A stretch of 64,000 nt of DNA from Mobula hypostoma (GCF_963921235.1 NC_086097.1:137208001-137272000), one strand, 5' to 3'. Counted from the stretch's first letter, positions 46,022 to 59,658 are shown. A program made the numbers and translations. Notes: a model not told the origin generated them from the sequence alone.

Positions 46022-48331
46022 CCATTTGCCAATGGGCATCAGAGTGGGAAGAAACAATGACATCTGGATGAAATTGAAATACCAGGACAGGAGGGGGAAA
46101 AAATCAACACTTGTCAGTCCTGTTATCCCTATTACATACAAAATCCCTGTGGACTTTATACAAATATCACAAGCAGTATGAAATCCTAGTGAATCCACCT
46201 TCCAAGATGCTGATGCTACATGGAAATGATGCTTCATTGAAGTACAGGAGCCTCAAGACCCACACCACTAGGTTCAGGAACAGTTCTTACCCCTCAACCA
46301 TCAGACTCTTGAGCCAGAGGAAACTTTAACCATCCTAACACTGAACTGTTCTCACAACCTATGGACTCACTGTTAAAGGAATTGTCTCATGTACTCAATA
46401 TTTATTGCTTATTATTTTTATGTTTGTAGTTTACTGTCTTTTGCACATTGGTTGTTTGCACCTCCTATTGGGTGCAAACTTCCATGGATTCTATCACTTC
46501 TTGGATGTACTGTGTATGCCCACAAGAAAATGATTCTCAGGGTTGTATATGGGCACATTATACGTACTTTGATGATAAATTTACTTTGAATGCCAAAAGC
46601 TAACAGTAATAGTGAAGTCATGTGAAAATAACAGCACATTATGGTCAAAATTATGCAAAAGCCTCTAGTGGTTCAGAACACTGTACAATGAGACAAATGG
46701 AAGCAGATTAAAACTTCCAATCATTGTTTACACATAGGGAAAGCTACTAATACTATGCACAATAGATGAGACATTTACTTTTGCAGACTAAGAAGCTTGG
46801 TGGGTAGAAGCAAAATTATATTAACATGCCCATTTTTACATTTAGAAATCCAGTTCCCTTTGAACCTTGACTCATTCCTCCCCCGCCTCAATTCTTGGTT
46901 AGATAAATAAAGCACCAAACATGAAGTTTCCCCCCATTCCAACGAAAATGCAAGAGAAAATCTCTGCACTATTGCTGTTTGACCCAAGCTTTACTTCAAA
47001 TACAAAACCTTTTTCATAGTTGCTCACTTAAGGTAAAAATCTTATTGATATTTTTGAAGTCATTCAAAGTATTAGCTACAGGAGTTATCACAAGAGTAAA
47101 ACTAATTTTGAAATCATTGGATGGTATAGCTTATATTCTGCTAACCAGGTGAAGCTACCGCACAGAACTACATGCATTCTAACCAGAAGACCACAGAACA
47201 AGACCCACAAGACCATACCCCAGGATGGTACTCCAACACCCTGAACATCTTTAGCTGCTTCAATGGCCCTCTTTCAATCACAAGCTCCACTGATGGCAGC
47301 AGTGTTTCAACACCATTCAAGACTCCTTACAAAATTCATCAGTCCACATCCAAATGCAAATCCTGGACAATATGCAGGCCTGGGGTCATTCACACCATAT
47401 AAGTGCCCGGCAATTACATCCAAGAAGCAAAAATCCAGCTATTACCCTGCAATTTCAACTTTCCCTCCACAGATGACACCCAAGATTTATCTTCAATATT
47501 TGAAATATGTACAACATTGACATCTCCAAGAAAGTACACATTGCCCAAGTATCACATACACAAAAAAGAAACCTTATCTAATCACTAAGCCCTAGCCACA
47601 AACTAAACTAAACCAATAGTGATAGAATGGACAATTTCAGCATGCAGTATTTACTTAACAGAGAACCAATAAATGATCTTGCACTATATCCAGCACACTG
47701 GAAGATGGCAATGGATGTTGTGAATTAATCTCAGTTACATCAGTGAAGCTATTGATTTATTGCATCGGATGTTGAAAGCAATTATCTTTAACAAATGGCT
47801 GGTTGCATTTTTTTCCAAACGAGATCACAAAATCTTGATACTCAACATTAATATCGTTAGCTTCACAAACTCAACATATTTCACAGAAAATGGGCATGGT
47901 ACCAAACACGTTGCTGCTGTCGTACATTAAAAGTTGTGCAATGTTAAGATACAATTTCATTGCATAGTTTGTTAAGCGCCCCCATGTAGCAAAATTCTGC
48001 AAATACAGAAACAAGAAAAGCCACTGCCGCAGGGCCAGAGACACAGGTTCAATCAAGAACTGGATTCGCTGTGAGGAATTTGTTTATCTGTATGGTCTCT
48101 CACAGTATCTGGGTTCCCCCCCCCCCCAACCCCAAGGGTTGCTAGATTAATTAGCTACTGTAAATCACCCCAAGTGTACAAGTGGTTGATGTACAGTGTA
48201 GTCACAGCAAGGGCTTGTTTCCCCACACTGTATGACTTTAAAAATATCAGATGTGCTACATTACTTGGGCAAGGATCTCAAAACACTGGATGTATATTCA
48301 TGACAGAACAATTTGGTGTTAATACATGTTA

Positions 48332-48337
48332 TTTATT
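48332..48337 (-). terminator. RPL14 polyadenylation signal
   Basis: AATAAA on the minus strand about 20 nt after the stop codon. Confidence 0.8.
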
Positions 48338-48358
48338 GTTTTGTTCAAGGGTGGACAT

Positions 48359-51300
48359 TCATGCCTTTTTGCTGGCAGCTTTCTTCAGTTTAGACAATTC
48401 TAGCTTGATGATTCTGTTCCTCTGAAGAAGAATAAAAACAAAGCATTAATAATCTACTTTGATGCAGGGCTTCATCCCAAGGCATTGACAATTCTCCACC
48501 TACAATGCACACCCCCACCCCCAAAGTGGTTAACTTGTTGAGTTTCTCCAGCAGATTGTTGCTAACAATCCAGCCTGCATGAATCATTCAACACTGACAC
48601 TGTCACTGTCAGCGCCACATGTTACTGTTCAGCCAGATATGAACTGTCTGACAGCATCTGGAATTGACGCTCATTTATTTGGCATACACATCCCCCCTTT
48701 ATGACTATAATGCAAATCAGAAAGGGTCTACAAAGTATGCATAACCTTTTGGACTTCAGTTAAATTTGCTTTACATCTTACTAATAACATTTACCTGACC
48801 ATAAAAGTGTTGTCCCCAATGCTTTTAACTCTAATGAATAACTTAAAAGCCATTATGGGAAAGAAACTCCTTTCACAAGATACTTCCATTACCCAAGCAA
48901 TCCAAAACCACTACAAAGAAAGTCAATCTAATACACAAACAGACAACAGGTGATCTCATTACTCAAGGCCCAAGTGATCAGCAGAATTTAGAGCATGGTG
49001 CAAAAGGCTCTGTATACAACTCAAAACAAACTTACCATTTTCTTGGCCTTCATGACTTTATAGCGGTCAAAATCAGTCATTTTAGCTCTCTGTGGGAAGA
49101 CAGTGTATATCCATCATTTTGAAAAAATATTACCAAATGTTCACTGCAGATCTTTTAATAAGAACAAAGGGAAGCCATTTGGAAAAGTACTCACCTTTGC
49201 CCGGGCTTCGATCTTCTTCGCCCAACGAGTTGCTTCCCATTTCTCATTGATTTTCTCTTTTTCCCAAGCAGCTTTAACAAACTTGTGACGCACACTAGAA
49301 AATTAAATATAAAGTCAGCATAAAGGAAACCATGCAAACTACAGCAAGTAACAAGGGGAGTAAAATCATTTCAGTTATAGCAGTACAATCTTCTGACTCA
49401 GTGACCAGGACACAATCATTTCTGCTCTCTACCATGCCCCAAATCATAATCTTTCCACAACCTATGTGCACAACACATCTCCAGTTTTTTTCCACCTTGC
49501 ATATCACATCCCAACCACCACCGCCCCACTGATGCTACTCAGCTGGCTGTAGTTTCTGCTACGTGCAGACATTTCAACATACCACTGTACAATCACAACA
49601 GTCCTGAAGGTAACAAGGTCAACATTATTTGCTCGTTATAACACAGAAGGCCATCACTGGACCAGCCGGGCTTCCAACAGAGCAATCCAGTAAATCACAT
49701 TTCCAGCTTCGCCTATTTTGCTGCCCACAATTCACTCACATGCCCATCAACTCTTGATGCTTAGCCAAGAAACCACATTAAATGGCATTTACATCCCAGC
49801 ATTTTTTAGCAGAGGAGGCAGCATCAGGAGCACTAGATGCATCCGTGTTTCCCTTGTCCATTCACCTCCTTCCTCATCTCCACTTAGGGGCACCAAATAA
49901 TCCTCCCAGATGAAAGAACACTTCTGTGAATCTGCTGGGGTCACCTCGTGTCCAGCCTCTTTTACACTGACGAGACGCTACATAAATTGGGGACCACTTT
50001 TGCTCCATCTGCAAAAAGCAGGATTTCCTGATGGCCAACTGTTTTAATTCCAATCCCCATTCTGACATGCCATGATGAGGCCACTCTCAGGGTGGAGGGG
50101 CACCAGAAGAGGTGATGGGCAGGTCTTTTTTTACTTCGGAAGGAATCCAGAACACACAGGGCAAATAAAGTCACAGAAAATATGCAAACTCCACATGGAT
50201 AGCACAAAGATAAGGACTGAACCGAAGGCCCTGAAGATGCAAAGCAGTAGCTTTAACTGTGGGCACAAAATTATTTAAGTTCAAAAATGGCCCAATAACC
50301 CAGGCTTGACTTCAATCTAACCTTCAGTTTTGCTTAAAATGCTGGAAACACTCTGCAAACCAATCTGAGTTCAGCAAGTTAAACATAAAAAAAATTAAGA
50401 TTTAAGCAAAATGAAATCAAGATCTTACCTATGTGGTATTTTAATCTTGAAGTCAGTGAGCTGCATGCATTTAAATGGCATAGCCTGCCTCCTTACACTA
50501 CTGCAAGGACCATCGACCAAAGCCTGAGAGAGAGGTTCAAAAACCACATTTAAAGGTGCAAGAACTTCAAAACAAGCTGTTTAAGTATAAATGTACAATG
50601 TTTAATTATCAACTTCACAAATCATTTCAAAGGTTAGCAACCTTCCATTTTCCCTAAGCACAAAAAGCCATTTCGGGCGCATTACAAATGTGGGCAATGA
50701 ACAAGAAAAATGAGAATAGAAATGGAGTTAGCAATCATATAGTAAGGAATTTCCTCATTCAGGAGTAACAAAACACTAAACAGAATACAATGGATAAACA
50801 CCAATGGACAAAATCAGAATTGTGTCTAATGAAGTCCAAAACACACATGTAACATTCCCAATGGTACCAAACAAACGCCACATAAACAAGATATCTAAAG
50901 TTCCCAACTGTCCAAAGGAAAAGATCAAAGACTCAAAACAGTTATTCCACGTGCAAATCCTTCCTGGGAGTATTAAAACACAGTGAGGAAGAGTTTTATT
51001 TAGAGTTGGGGGCACAAAACAAAAAACTGGGGATATAAAAATCACATTTAGGCATGCGGTACAAAGGATGTAAAAATACCACCCACAAACTTGCCAGCTC
51101 GTTACCCACACACGGAAAACCAAGTCAAGCTCAAGATGAAGTTGACCAGTTTGCAAACTAAAGATCAGTGTCAGCCCACAGAATTCAGTACTGCAGACTA
51201 GCAGTCAGCAAGAAAAGACACAGAGGAAGGACATTTTGAAGTCCACACCAAATGTAACTCTGCCACGATGAGACCCGACAGTGGCCGGCTTCAGGACCTG

Positions 51301-51816
51301 CACTACAGTAACCCCGGTCCTGGCAGCACCTACCCGGTTCTGGTCGATGACATCGACGATCGCTACTAGCTTGCCGGCGTGTGGACCGAAAGCGATGTAG
51401 GCCACGCGGCCAATCTCCACGTACCGCTTGTAGACCTGAAACCACAAGGAGAGCCGAGTGAAGGACCAGGCGGGTAGTGGGGGAAAGGGACAAGAGTCAG
51501 TGAGCCCCGAGAACCGGGCTACACCCAATACGCCGGGATGGCGTACGAGGCCTTCACACACCTCCGCTTACTTCACTCCGTGCCAGCGGCGGATCCAACC
51601 TTCCGGAGCCCACGCGGCGCCGAGGCCCGAGCGCAGGCCCTCAGCCAGCCGGTAGAAGGAGGGAGGTTTGATACGGCCTCACATGCCCGGCGGAGGGCAG
51701 GGCCCAACGTACCGGCAACGGAAGACGGGGAACCCGGACCCCAGAGCCCCGGTGACCGGGAGCCGGCGCCCCGAATCCCCGAACCGCCACACTGCGCTCG
51801 GCAGCACACTCACCAT
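48359..51816 (-). CDS. RPL14: 60S ribosomal protein L14 (eL14), exons 51814-51816, 51334-51435, 50429-50523, 49195-49294, 49036-49089, 48359-48421; 138 aa
   Basis: Spliced translation: [138 protein letters not shown]. All introns are GT-AG; exon 1 codes only the ATG. Confidence 0.97.
49720..50105 (+). mobile_element. Degraded Penelope GIY-YIG remnant in RPL14 intron 3
   Basis: Similar to the reverse complement of 33500-33900 (..gatttcctgatggccaactgttttaattcc..). Confidence 0.5.
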
Positions 51817-51835
51817 GGCGATTCGCCCGCGAGTC

Positions 51836-51930
51836 GAAGAGAAAGAGGAGCTGTTTCCGCTTCCGCTCCTGACCAAAACCCAGGCGGGGCGCATGCGCTC
51901 CAAACAGCCCGCTGCTGCGCATGCGTACGG
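51836..51930 (-). promoter_or_regulatory. RPL14 core promoter: 5'TOP pyrimidine tract, tandem ETS/GABP sites, GC box, two NRF1-like palindromes, within a CpG island (~51300-51960)
   Basis: Minus strand CTCCTCTTTCTCTTC at 51850-51836; CGGAAGCGGAA at ~51855-51865; GGCGGGGC at 51883; GCGCATGCGC at 51889-51898 and TGCGCATGCGT at 51916-51926; high CpG density. Confidence 0.8.
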
Positions 51931-52144
51931 AGGGATGACAGGTTGCGGGGCTTCATTTGGGCAGTTTACGGAGTTATGTACAAGTTATTGGCCCGCACCT
52001 ATCCTTCCTTTTTATATCAAACGTAATATCTATAAGAATAAACTGTACAATGATTTTTCATTTTTGCATTAATAGAAAATGAGTTAAGTAGCGATCCATT
52101 ACATTTCTTAAAACCAATATGATTTGCCACTCATTGAATTGGAT

Positions 52145-53252
52145 AATTACTTACATCCTTCATATACATGAAGATTAAAGATCTTTATGTTACGTCTCCA
52201 TCTAAATGTGCAATGTGCAATCATAGTAATTTATAATATATATAGAATACACTCAGATCAGCATGAGTTAATCAGTCTGATAGCCTGGTGGAAGAAGCTG
52301 TCTCGGAGCCTGTTGGTCCTGGCTTTTATGCTGCGGTACCACTTCCCGGATGGTAGCAGCTGGAATAGATTGTGGTTGGGGTGATTTGGGCCCCCAATGA
52401 TCCTACAGGTCCTTTGTACACACCTGTCCTTGTAAATGTTCTGAATCATGGGAAGTTCACAACTAGAGATGTGCTGGGCTGTCCTCACCACTCTCTGCAG
52501 AGTCCTGCGATTAAGGGAGGTACAGTTCCCATACCAGGCAGTGATGCAGCCAGTCAGGATGCTCTCAATTGTGCTCTGTAGAAAGTTCTTAGGATCTGGG
52601 GGCCCATACCAAACTTCCTCAACCATCTGAGGTGAAAGAGGTGTTGTTGTGCTTGTTTCACCACACAGCTGGTGTGTACAGACCATGTGATATCCTCGGT
52701 GATGCGGATGCCGAGGAACTTGAAGCTGTTTATCCTCTCAACCCCAGATCCATTTACGTCAATAGGGATTAGCCCGTCTCCATTCCTCCTGTAATCCACA
52801 ACCAGCTCCTTCATTTTTGCAACATTGAGAGAGAGGTTGTTTTCTTGACACCACTGTGTCAGAGAGATGACTTCTTCCCTGTAGGCCACCTCATTATTGT
52901 TTGAGATTAGGCCAATCAATGTAGTGTCATCAGCAAATTTAATTAGCAGATTGGAGCTATGGGTGGTGACAGTCATGGGTATACAGAGAGTAAAGGAGGG
53001 GACTCAGTACGTAGCCCTGAAGGGCTCCTGTATTGAGAGTCAGAGGGTTGGAGGTGAAGGAGCCCACTCTTACAACCTGCTGACAATCTGACAGGAAGTC
53101 CAGGATCCAGCTGCACAAGGCAGGGTCAAGGCCGAGGTCTGTGAGCTTCTTGTCGAGCCTGGATGAAACTATGGTGTTGGATGCTGAACTGAAGTCCAAG
53201 AACAGCATTCTCACATAAGCATCCTTCTTCTCCAGATATGTAAGGACGGTGG
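52145..53252 (-). mobile_element. Rex1/Babar LINE RT-to-3' end, directly upstream of the RPL14 promoter
   Basis: YVRMLFLDFSSA, LSPLLYSLYTHDC, LIKFADDTT, RLRDSFFHQAIRLIN. Confidence 0.88.
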
Positions 53253-53649
53253 CCCCCTGATACACAACTACATAATTGTGGGGCTTCCTCACCCAACCCT
53301 GTGCAGTAGCGGAAGAACCCTATCCTGTGATCCTTCCCCACTGAGCCCCTGCAATGGCCACACCAAGCGTCTATCATCTCCGGTGGTTATGTGGGCATCA
53401 TCTCTACCAAACACATCTGATCCCTATCGGTTCTCTGCCTGATTCCCTTTAAACGTGCTGTGGAATGCACTGTTCGAGCTGATTTCAAGTTAAATATTTA
53501 TTTGTTTAATTTTGTTTTAAGCATTGGATTGTCTAAACCTTGCAGGTTCCATTTGCAAAGATAAAAATGCCATGCAAAGTGGCAAACTAGTACTTAATAG
53601 CTAATTAGGTAATCAGACAGAAAGGAGGGTGAAAGGCATTAAACAGCAG

Positions 53650-54060
53650 TGCAGCGTGCCCCTGTGGCCATTCCCCTCAACACCAGCCATACTACCTGGG
53701 ATGCAGTTGTTGCGGGGGGCGGAGGTGGAATGACCGAGCAGAGGAAGGTCACAGCGGTCAGGTCTCTGGCACTGTAGCTCAGAAGGGAAAGGAGGAGAAG
53801 AGCCGAGCTGTGGCGTTAGGGGATTCGTTAGTTAGGGGAAAAGCAAAGAGGTTCTGTGGGCGAGAACAAGATTCCCAAATGATATGTTGCCTCCCAGGTG
53901 CCAGGGTCCAGGACATCTCGGATCAAGTCCTCTATGCTTTTAGGTGGCATGGTGAGCAACCAGAGGTCATGGTCCATATCGTTACCAACGACATAGGTAG
54001 GGAGAGGGATGAGGTTCTGCAAAGTGATTTCAGGGAGTTAGGTGCTAAGTTAAATATTAG
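53650..54060 (+). mobile_element. CR1 ORF1 SGNH/GDSL esterase remnant
   Basis: GDSLVRG...CCLPGARVQDI...VHIVTND motif series. Confidence 0.75.
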
Positions 54061-54544
54061 GATATATCCAGAAGGTTATTTGGATACTTTGTTCCAGGAG
54101 GCTATCACTGGTCTTAGATTAAGTCCTGCTGAATCGGTTACTCAAGGGGAAATAGAGGAACATGATTATCCGTAAAAAATTAACAAAAAGCAGCAGATGC
54201 AGTAAATCTAAAATTAAAACAGATGATTACTCTGTGTGGCAGGTACGGGGACCCAGAAGACAGGATTAGAGCAGTATTAGCTATCACATTCGTCTAATGC
54301 AATGAAAGCAGACTATGTAAAGGGAAATGAAGAGTGAAAAATGATGACAGAACAGTGGTGCAGAGTTCATTCACACTGCGGGAGTGGAAAGCACTGTGAT
54401 AATGAGGGAACACTATAGTTAGGAATAAGATACCAACCTTGAACATGAATTCCCAAAGGAAGTATCAGGATATGTGATAAGGGCTGGAAAGGGAGTCTGA
54501 CATTGGGAAATTCCAGTTTTCATCAACAAGGTGGGAAAGAAATG

Positions 54545-56293
54545 TGCCGAACCAAAGGAAATGGGGGAGATCTTAAATAGGTTTTTTGCGCCTGTATTTA
54601 CTAAGGAAGCTAGCATGAAATCTATGGAATTAAGGGAAACAAGTAGTGAGATCATGGAAACTGTACAGATCGAAAAGGAGGAGGTCCTTGCTGTCTTGAG
54701 GAAAATTAAAGTGGATAAATCCCCGGGACCTGACAGGGTGTTCCCTCGGACCTTGAAGGAGACTAGTGTTGAAATTGCAGGGGCCCTGGCAGAAATATTT
54801 AAAATGTCGCCGTCTACAGGTGAGGTGCCGGAGGATTGGAGAGTGGCTCATGTTGTTCCGTTGTTTAAAAAAGGATCGAAAAGTAATCCGGGAGATTACA
54901 GGCTAGTAAGTTTAACGTCGGTAGTAGGTAAGTTATTGGAGGGAGTACTAAGAGACAGAATCTACAAGCATTTGGATAGACAGGGACTTATTAGGGAGAG
55001 TCAACATGGCTTTGTGCGTGGTAGGTCATGTTTGACCAATCTATTGGAGTTTTTCGAGGAGGTTACCAGGAAAGTGGATGAAGGGAAGGCAGTGGATATT
55101 GTCTACATGGACTTCAGTAAGGCCTTTGACAAGGTCCCGCATGGGAGGTTAGTTAGGAAAATTCATTCGCTAGGTATACATGGAGAGGTGGTAAATTGGA
55201 TTAGACATTGGCTCGATGGAAGAAGCCAAAGAGTGGTAGTAGAGAATTGCTTCTCCGAGTGGAGGCCTGTGACTAGTGGTGTGCCACAGGGATCAGTGCT
55301 GGGTCCATTGTTATTTGTCATCTATATCAATGATCTGGATGATAATGTGGTAAATTGGATCAGCAAATTTGCTGATGATACAAAGATTGGAGGTGTAGTA
55401 GACAGTGAGGAAGGTTTTCAGAGCCTGCAGAGGGACTTGGACCAGCTGGAAAAATGGACTGAAAAATGGCAGATGGAGTTTAATACAGACAAGTGTGAGG
55501 TATTACAAGCTGGAAGGACAAACCAAGGTAGAACATACAGGGTTAATGGTAAGGCACTGAGGAGTGCAGTGGAACAGAGGGATCTGGGAACACAGATACA
55601 AAATTCCCTAAAAGTAGCATCACAGGTAGATAGGGTTGTAAAGAGAGCTTTTGGTACATTGGCCTTTATTAATCAAAGTATTGAGTATAAGAGCTGGAAT
55701 GTTATGATGAGGTTATATAAGGCATTGGTGAGGCCGAATCTGGAGTATTGTGTTCAGTTTTGGTCACCAAATTACAGGAAGGATATAAATAAGGTTGAAA
55801 GAGTGCAGAGAAGGTTTACAAGGATGTCGCCGGGACTTGAGAAACTCAGTTACAGAGAAAGGTTGAATAGATTGGGACTTTATTCCCTGGAGCGTAGAAG
55901 AATGAGAGGAGATTTGATAGAGGTATATAAAATTATGATGGGTATAGATAGAATGGATGCAAGCAGGCTTTCTCCACTGAGGCAAGGGGAGAAAAAAACC
56001 AGAGGACATGGGTTAAGGGTGAGGGGGGAAAAGTTTAAAGGGAACATTAGGGGGGGCTTCTTCCAACAGAGAGTGGTGGGAGTATAGAATGGGCTGCCAG
56101 ACGAGTTGGTAAATGTGGGTTCTTTTTTAACATTTAAGAATAAATTGGACAGATACATGGATGGGAGGTGTATGGAGGGATATGGTCCGTGTGCAGGTCA
56201 GTGGGACTAGGCAGAAAATGGTTCGGCACAGCCAAGAAGGGCCAAAAGGCCTGTTTCTGTGCTGTAGTTTCTATGGTTTTCTATGGTTTCTAT
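54545..56293 (+). mobile_element. Young 5'-truncated CR1 LINE with ~510-aa open RT region
   Basis: KSPGPD, YRLVSLTSV, QHGF, YMDFSKAFDKV, GVPQGSVLGP, KFADDTK; premature TAG at 56085; (CTATGGTTT)n tail. Confidence 0.95.
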
Positions 56294-56374
56294 GGAAATG
56301 AAGTTCCATCAAGCAAACAGCATTAAACTTGGAAAGCAGCACCATAAAGAATCACTTTTTAAAATTTATTTTAT

Positions 56375-56610
56375 TTATTAAGATACATTGTGGAATAGGC
56401 CCTTCCAGCCCTTCAGGTCACCCAGCAACCCCAATTTAACCGTAGCCGAATCACGGGACAATTTACAATGATCGGTTAACAAACCAGCCGGTACGTCTTT
56501 AGACTGTGGGAGGAAACCGGAGCACCCGGAGGAAACCCATGCGGTCACGGGGAGAAGGTACAAACTCCTTACGGATAGTGGCAGGAATTGAACCCGGGTC
56601 GCTGGTACTG
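56375..56610 (-). mobile_element. V-SINE-like element
   Basis: TGTGGGAGGAAACCGGAGCACCCGGAGGAAACCCA and B-box-like GGAATTGAACCCGG. Confidence 0.7.
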
Positions 56611-57649
56611 TTTGTCGGATGGGTCAGTAAGCTGGAATGTTAACTCTATTTCAGCCTCCATGGAGGAAGTCTGCCCGTCAAGCACTCCCAGGATGTTCTA
56701 TCAATGGCAGCAATGCTTCCCCACCCACACCTTTTACGCACACTTCGAAAAGGAGAATAACACTACACCAGTGACCCTGTGACCTCTACCTTGGAGGCTG
56801 ATGTCCAAACATCCATCAAGAAGGTGAACCTTCGCAAGTGGTCCAATATTGATGGTGTACCTGGCCAGGCACTGAAAGTCTGTGCCAACCAACCAGCTGC
56901 AGTGTTCAAGAACACCTTCAACTGCCCACTGCTGCAGGGTGAGGTTCCCAACTGCTTTAAAGGGGCATCAGTCATACCGGTGTCCAAAAAGAGCAGAGCA
57001 GCTACCTCTACACTCTTCCCTGTACTGTGGTGCATTGAGAGGCTGGTTATGGCTGGAATTAACTCCTGCCTAAGCAAGGACCTGGACCAACTGCAGTTCA
57101 CCTACAGGCAACAGGTGTACAGTGGATACAATCTCAAAGGCTCTCCACTCTGCTTTGGAGCAGCCAGACAACAGCAAACCATGTTAGGCTGCAGTTTATC
57201 GATGGCAGCTTTGGCATTGAATAACATCACCCCCGCAGTACTACTCACCAAGCTTCAAAGCCTGGGCCTCTGTACCTCCCTCTGCCACTGGATCTCTGAC
57301 TTCCTGGTTGAGAGACCACAATCCATGTAGATTGGTGATAACACCTTCCCCTCGCACACTGCAAGGATTTGTGCTCAGCCCACTGCCCTACTCTCTCTGC
57401 ATGCATGACTGTGTGGCTGAATAAATTTGCAGATAACACCACTATTGTTGGTAAAATCGCAGATAGTGACGGGACTGAGAGATTGGGTGGTTGAGTGGTG
57501 ACACAACAATAATATCTCACTCTAATAATGTCTCCTCTAATTTGTAATGACCAGTGTGTGCAAAAATATTGCGCTGTGAGATTTTTTGCCCAGTGACAAC
57601 AACGTGTGCGCATTGAATTTTTAAGTGGAAGTAAACCTGAAGCTGTTCT

Positions 57650-57824
57650 TATCACGGTCCCGGCCGTCCCTTCCGTTTATTTCCCATGTTCTCCTAATTC
57701 CCTTTTCCCCATGTTTCTCCTGCTCATGTGTGTGTGTGTCTATCTGTGTGTGTATGTGTGTGTGTGTGAGAATGTGTGTGTGTGTGTGTGTGTGTGTGTC
57801 TGTGTGTGTGTGTGTGTGTGTCTA

Positions 57825-57858
<34 letters not shown>

Positions 57859-57914
57859 TGTGTGTGTGTCTATCTGTGTGTGTGTGTGTCTGTGTGTGTG
57901 TGTGTGTGTGTCTA

Positions 57915-57952
<38 letters not shown>

Positions 57953-58027
57953 TGTGTGTGTGTGTGTCTGTGTGTGTGTGTGTGTGTGTGAGTGTGTGTG
58001 TGTGTGTGTGAGTGTGTGTATGTGTGT

Positions 58028-58073
<46 letters not shown>

Positions 58074-58592
58074 ACGAGGTGGGCGTGATGTTCCTTTGGT
58101 TCTCCCGGACTCCTGATCGCAGCACACCTGAATCTCATCTGCCCTGCAACATAAATACCCCGGCTTTCCATCCACTCATCGCCAGATCGTTGCTTCAGCC
58201 AGTGAGGTAGTTCACGTTCGAGGCCGCTTAGAGTTGTGTATTCTAAGTTTTGTTTCCGCGCTGTTGTTTGTCTGTGGTAACTCGGTCTCTCTGAGTTAAC
58301 AGGAACATTGCATGCCCGTTCATCCTCCTGCCTGCCGTTCCCCTTCAGCCACGCTCACACCCTTGTCTGCATCCCTGCTCTGCCTCGTCCCTCCACCCGC
58401 CTGCACTCTCCCCGGGCTCAGTGGTTAAACGCCGCGCTCTCACCGCAGCGACCCACGTTCATTCGCTCTCTCCTCTGCTTTCCTCGGCCTAATCCTCACT
58501 CCCCTGCCTTCCCGGCAACCATTAATGAACACTTGTCAGAGTACTCTCGCTCCGTGTCTGCCCTGCGTTTGGGTTCACCTGTTCCCCGCAAT
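57650..58592 (+). mobile_element. Probable solo LTR related to 16613-17442
   Basis: Starts TATCACGGTCC (cf. TGTCACGGTCC), CATAAATA box, ends ..TGCGTTTGGG..; flanks GTTCT / ATTCT. Confidence 0.55.
57727..58072. repeat. Interrupted (TG)n microsatellite, ~345 bp
   Basis: Direct reading; interruptions TCTATC, GAGT, TCTG. Confidence 0.98.
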
Positions 58593-59658
58593 AATTCTAG
58601 GGACAATAATCTACCGAGTCCAGTTTGTTTCTCATTATTTAAAAAAAGAAAATAATACACAACCAGCAGACTGAATGACTTCGGCTCACAGACAACACGA
58701 CATGCGTCACTGTTTACTTCTGTGGGCAGTTTAAACTCCTTTGTGCGCTAGTAGCAAAAGATGCGTGCACGCGCACACCTCAGAGGGAACATTGCACTCT
58801 GCATCAGCAAGACCAAGGGATAGTCTGGGCCTCAGGAAGGGAACGCCAGAACACACACCAGTCCTCATTAGCGGTCAGCAACAGAAAGGATGAGCAGCTT
58901 TAAGTTCCTGCACGGCAATATCTCAGAGGATTTAACCTGAGCCCAACACAGTGATACGGACATGAAGAAGGCTCTCTACTGGCTCTACTTTGTTAGGAGT
59001 CTGAAGAAATTTGGTACGTCACCGAGACTCTTGTGAATTTCTATCAAGGTACGGTGGAGTGCGTTCTGACTGGACTGGCTGCATCACAGCCTGCTGTGAA
59101 AGCTCCAGTGTGCAGTATCGTAAGAGGCCGCATACGGCTGTAGGTTTAGCCGGCTCCATCACAGGCACAACCTTCCCCACCGTCAAGGACATCTTCAAGA
59201 AGGCGTAATCCATCACTGACCTTCGCCATCTGGGACATGCCCTCCACTTCTTACTACCATTCCTGGAGGAGGCACAGGAGCCCAAAGATTGACACTCAAT
59301 GATTCGGGAGCAACTTCTTCCCCTCCCCCATCTGATGTCTGAATGGTCCATGTGTGAAAGCAAGGGCTAAGATGGAATCCAGGAAAGCACAGAATCCAGA
59401 AAGCGTGCAGTCAGCCCCAGCAAGAAAGGCCTACGAGGAGCATAGCTTCCCTTTGCACAGCAAGGGACTGGAGGCATTTGACACACGGAGACAAGATAAG
59501 AAAGTAATCAAAAGATGCAAGGCACACACCAACCAAGGGGCAATTACGTACCTAACTTCGAAGTTATTATCTTTGGTTGTTAGCTTGTAATTTCTATTGA
59601 TTTCTAACTCCTGTATTGTGAATAGCAATTGATCTTGCAAGTAAGGAATCTGAATGTG

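Larger units (their letters stand above)
57526..58794. mobile_element. hAT-type MITE (CAATGTTCCCTCT-like TIR) containing a solo LTR
   Basis: Left TAATGTCTCCTCTAA, right CAGAGGGAACATTG; imperfect 8-bp TSD CACTCTAA / CACTCTGC. Confidence 0.6.
56720..59352 (+). mobile_element. Degraded Rex1/Babar LINE hosting nested insertions
   Basis: LKVCANQ.AAVF, CFKGASVIPVSKK, KFADNTT; resumes at 58795 after the inserts. Confidence 0.75.

Noticed and set aside
48422..51333. Intronic snoRNAs in RPL14
   Set aside because: I found hairpins near 51245-51325 and 48630-48665 but no convincing C/D pair or H plus ACA arrangement; an Rfam/Infernal search would be needed to exclude them fully.
51458..52072. Several 65-162 aa ORFs over the RPL14 5' end
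   Set aside because: GC-rich CpG-island sequence has few stop codons, and the ORFs have no recognisable domains.
54531..56087. 518-aa RT ORF as a domesticated gene or active LINE
   Set aside because: It is a 5'-truncated CR1 copy with no endonuclease or ORF1 attached, has a premature TAG, and its track start codon is a GTG in flanking sequence.
57606..58210. Cys/Val-rich and His/Thr-rich ORFs
   Set aside because: They are translations of the (TG)n microsatellite.
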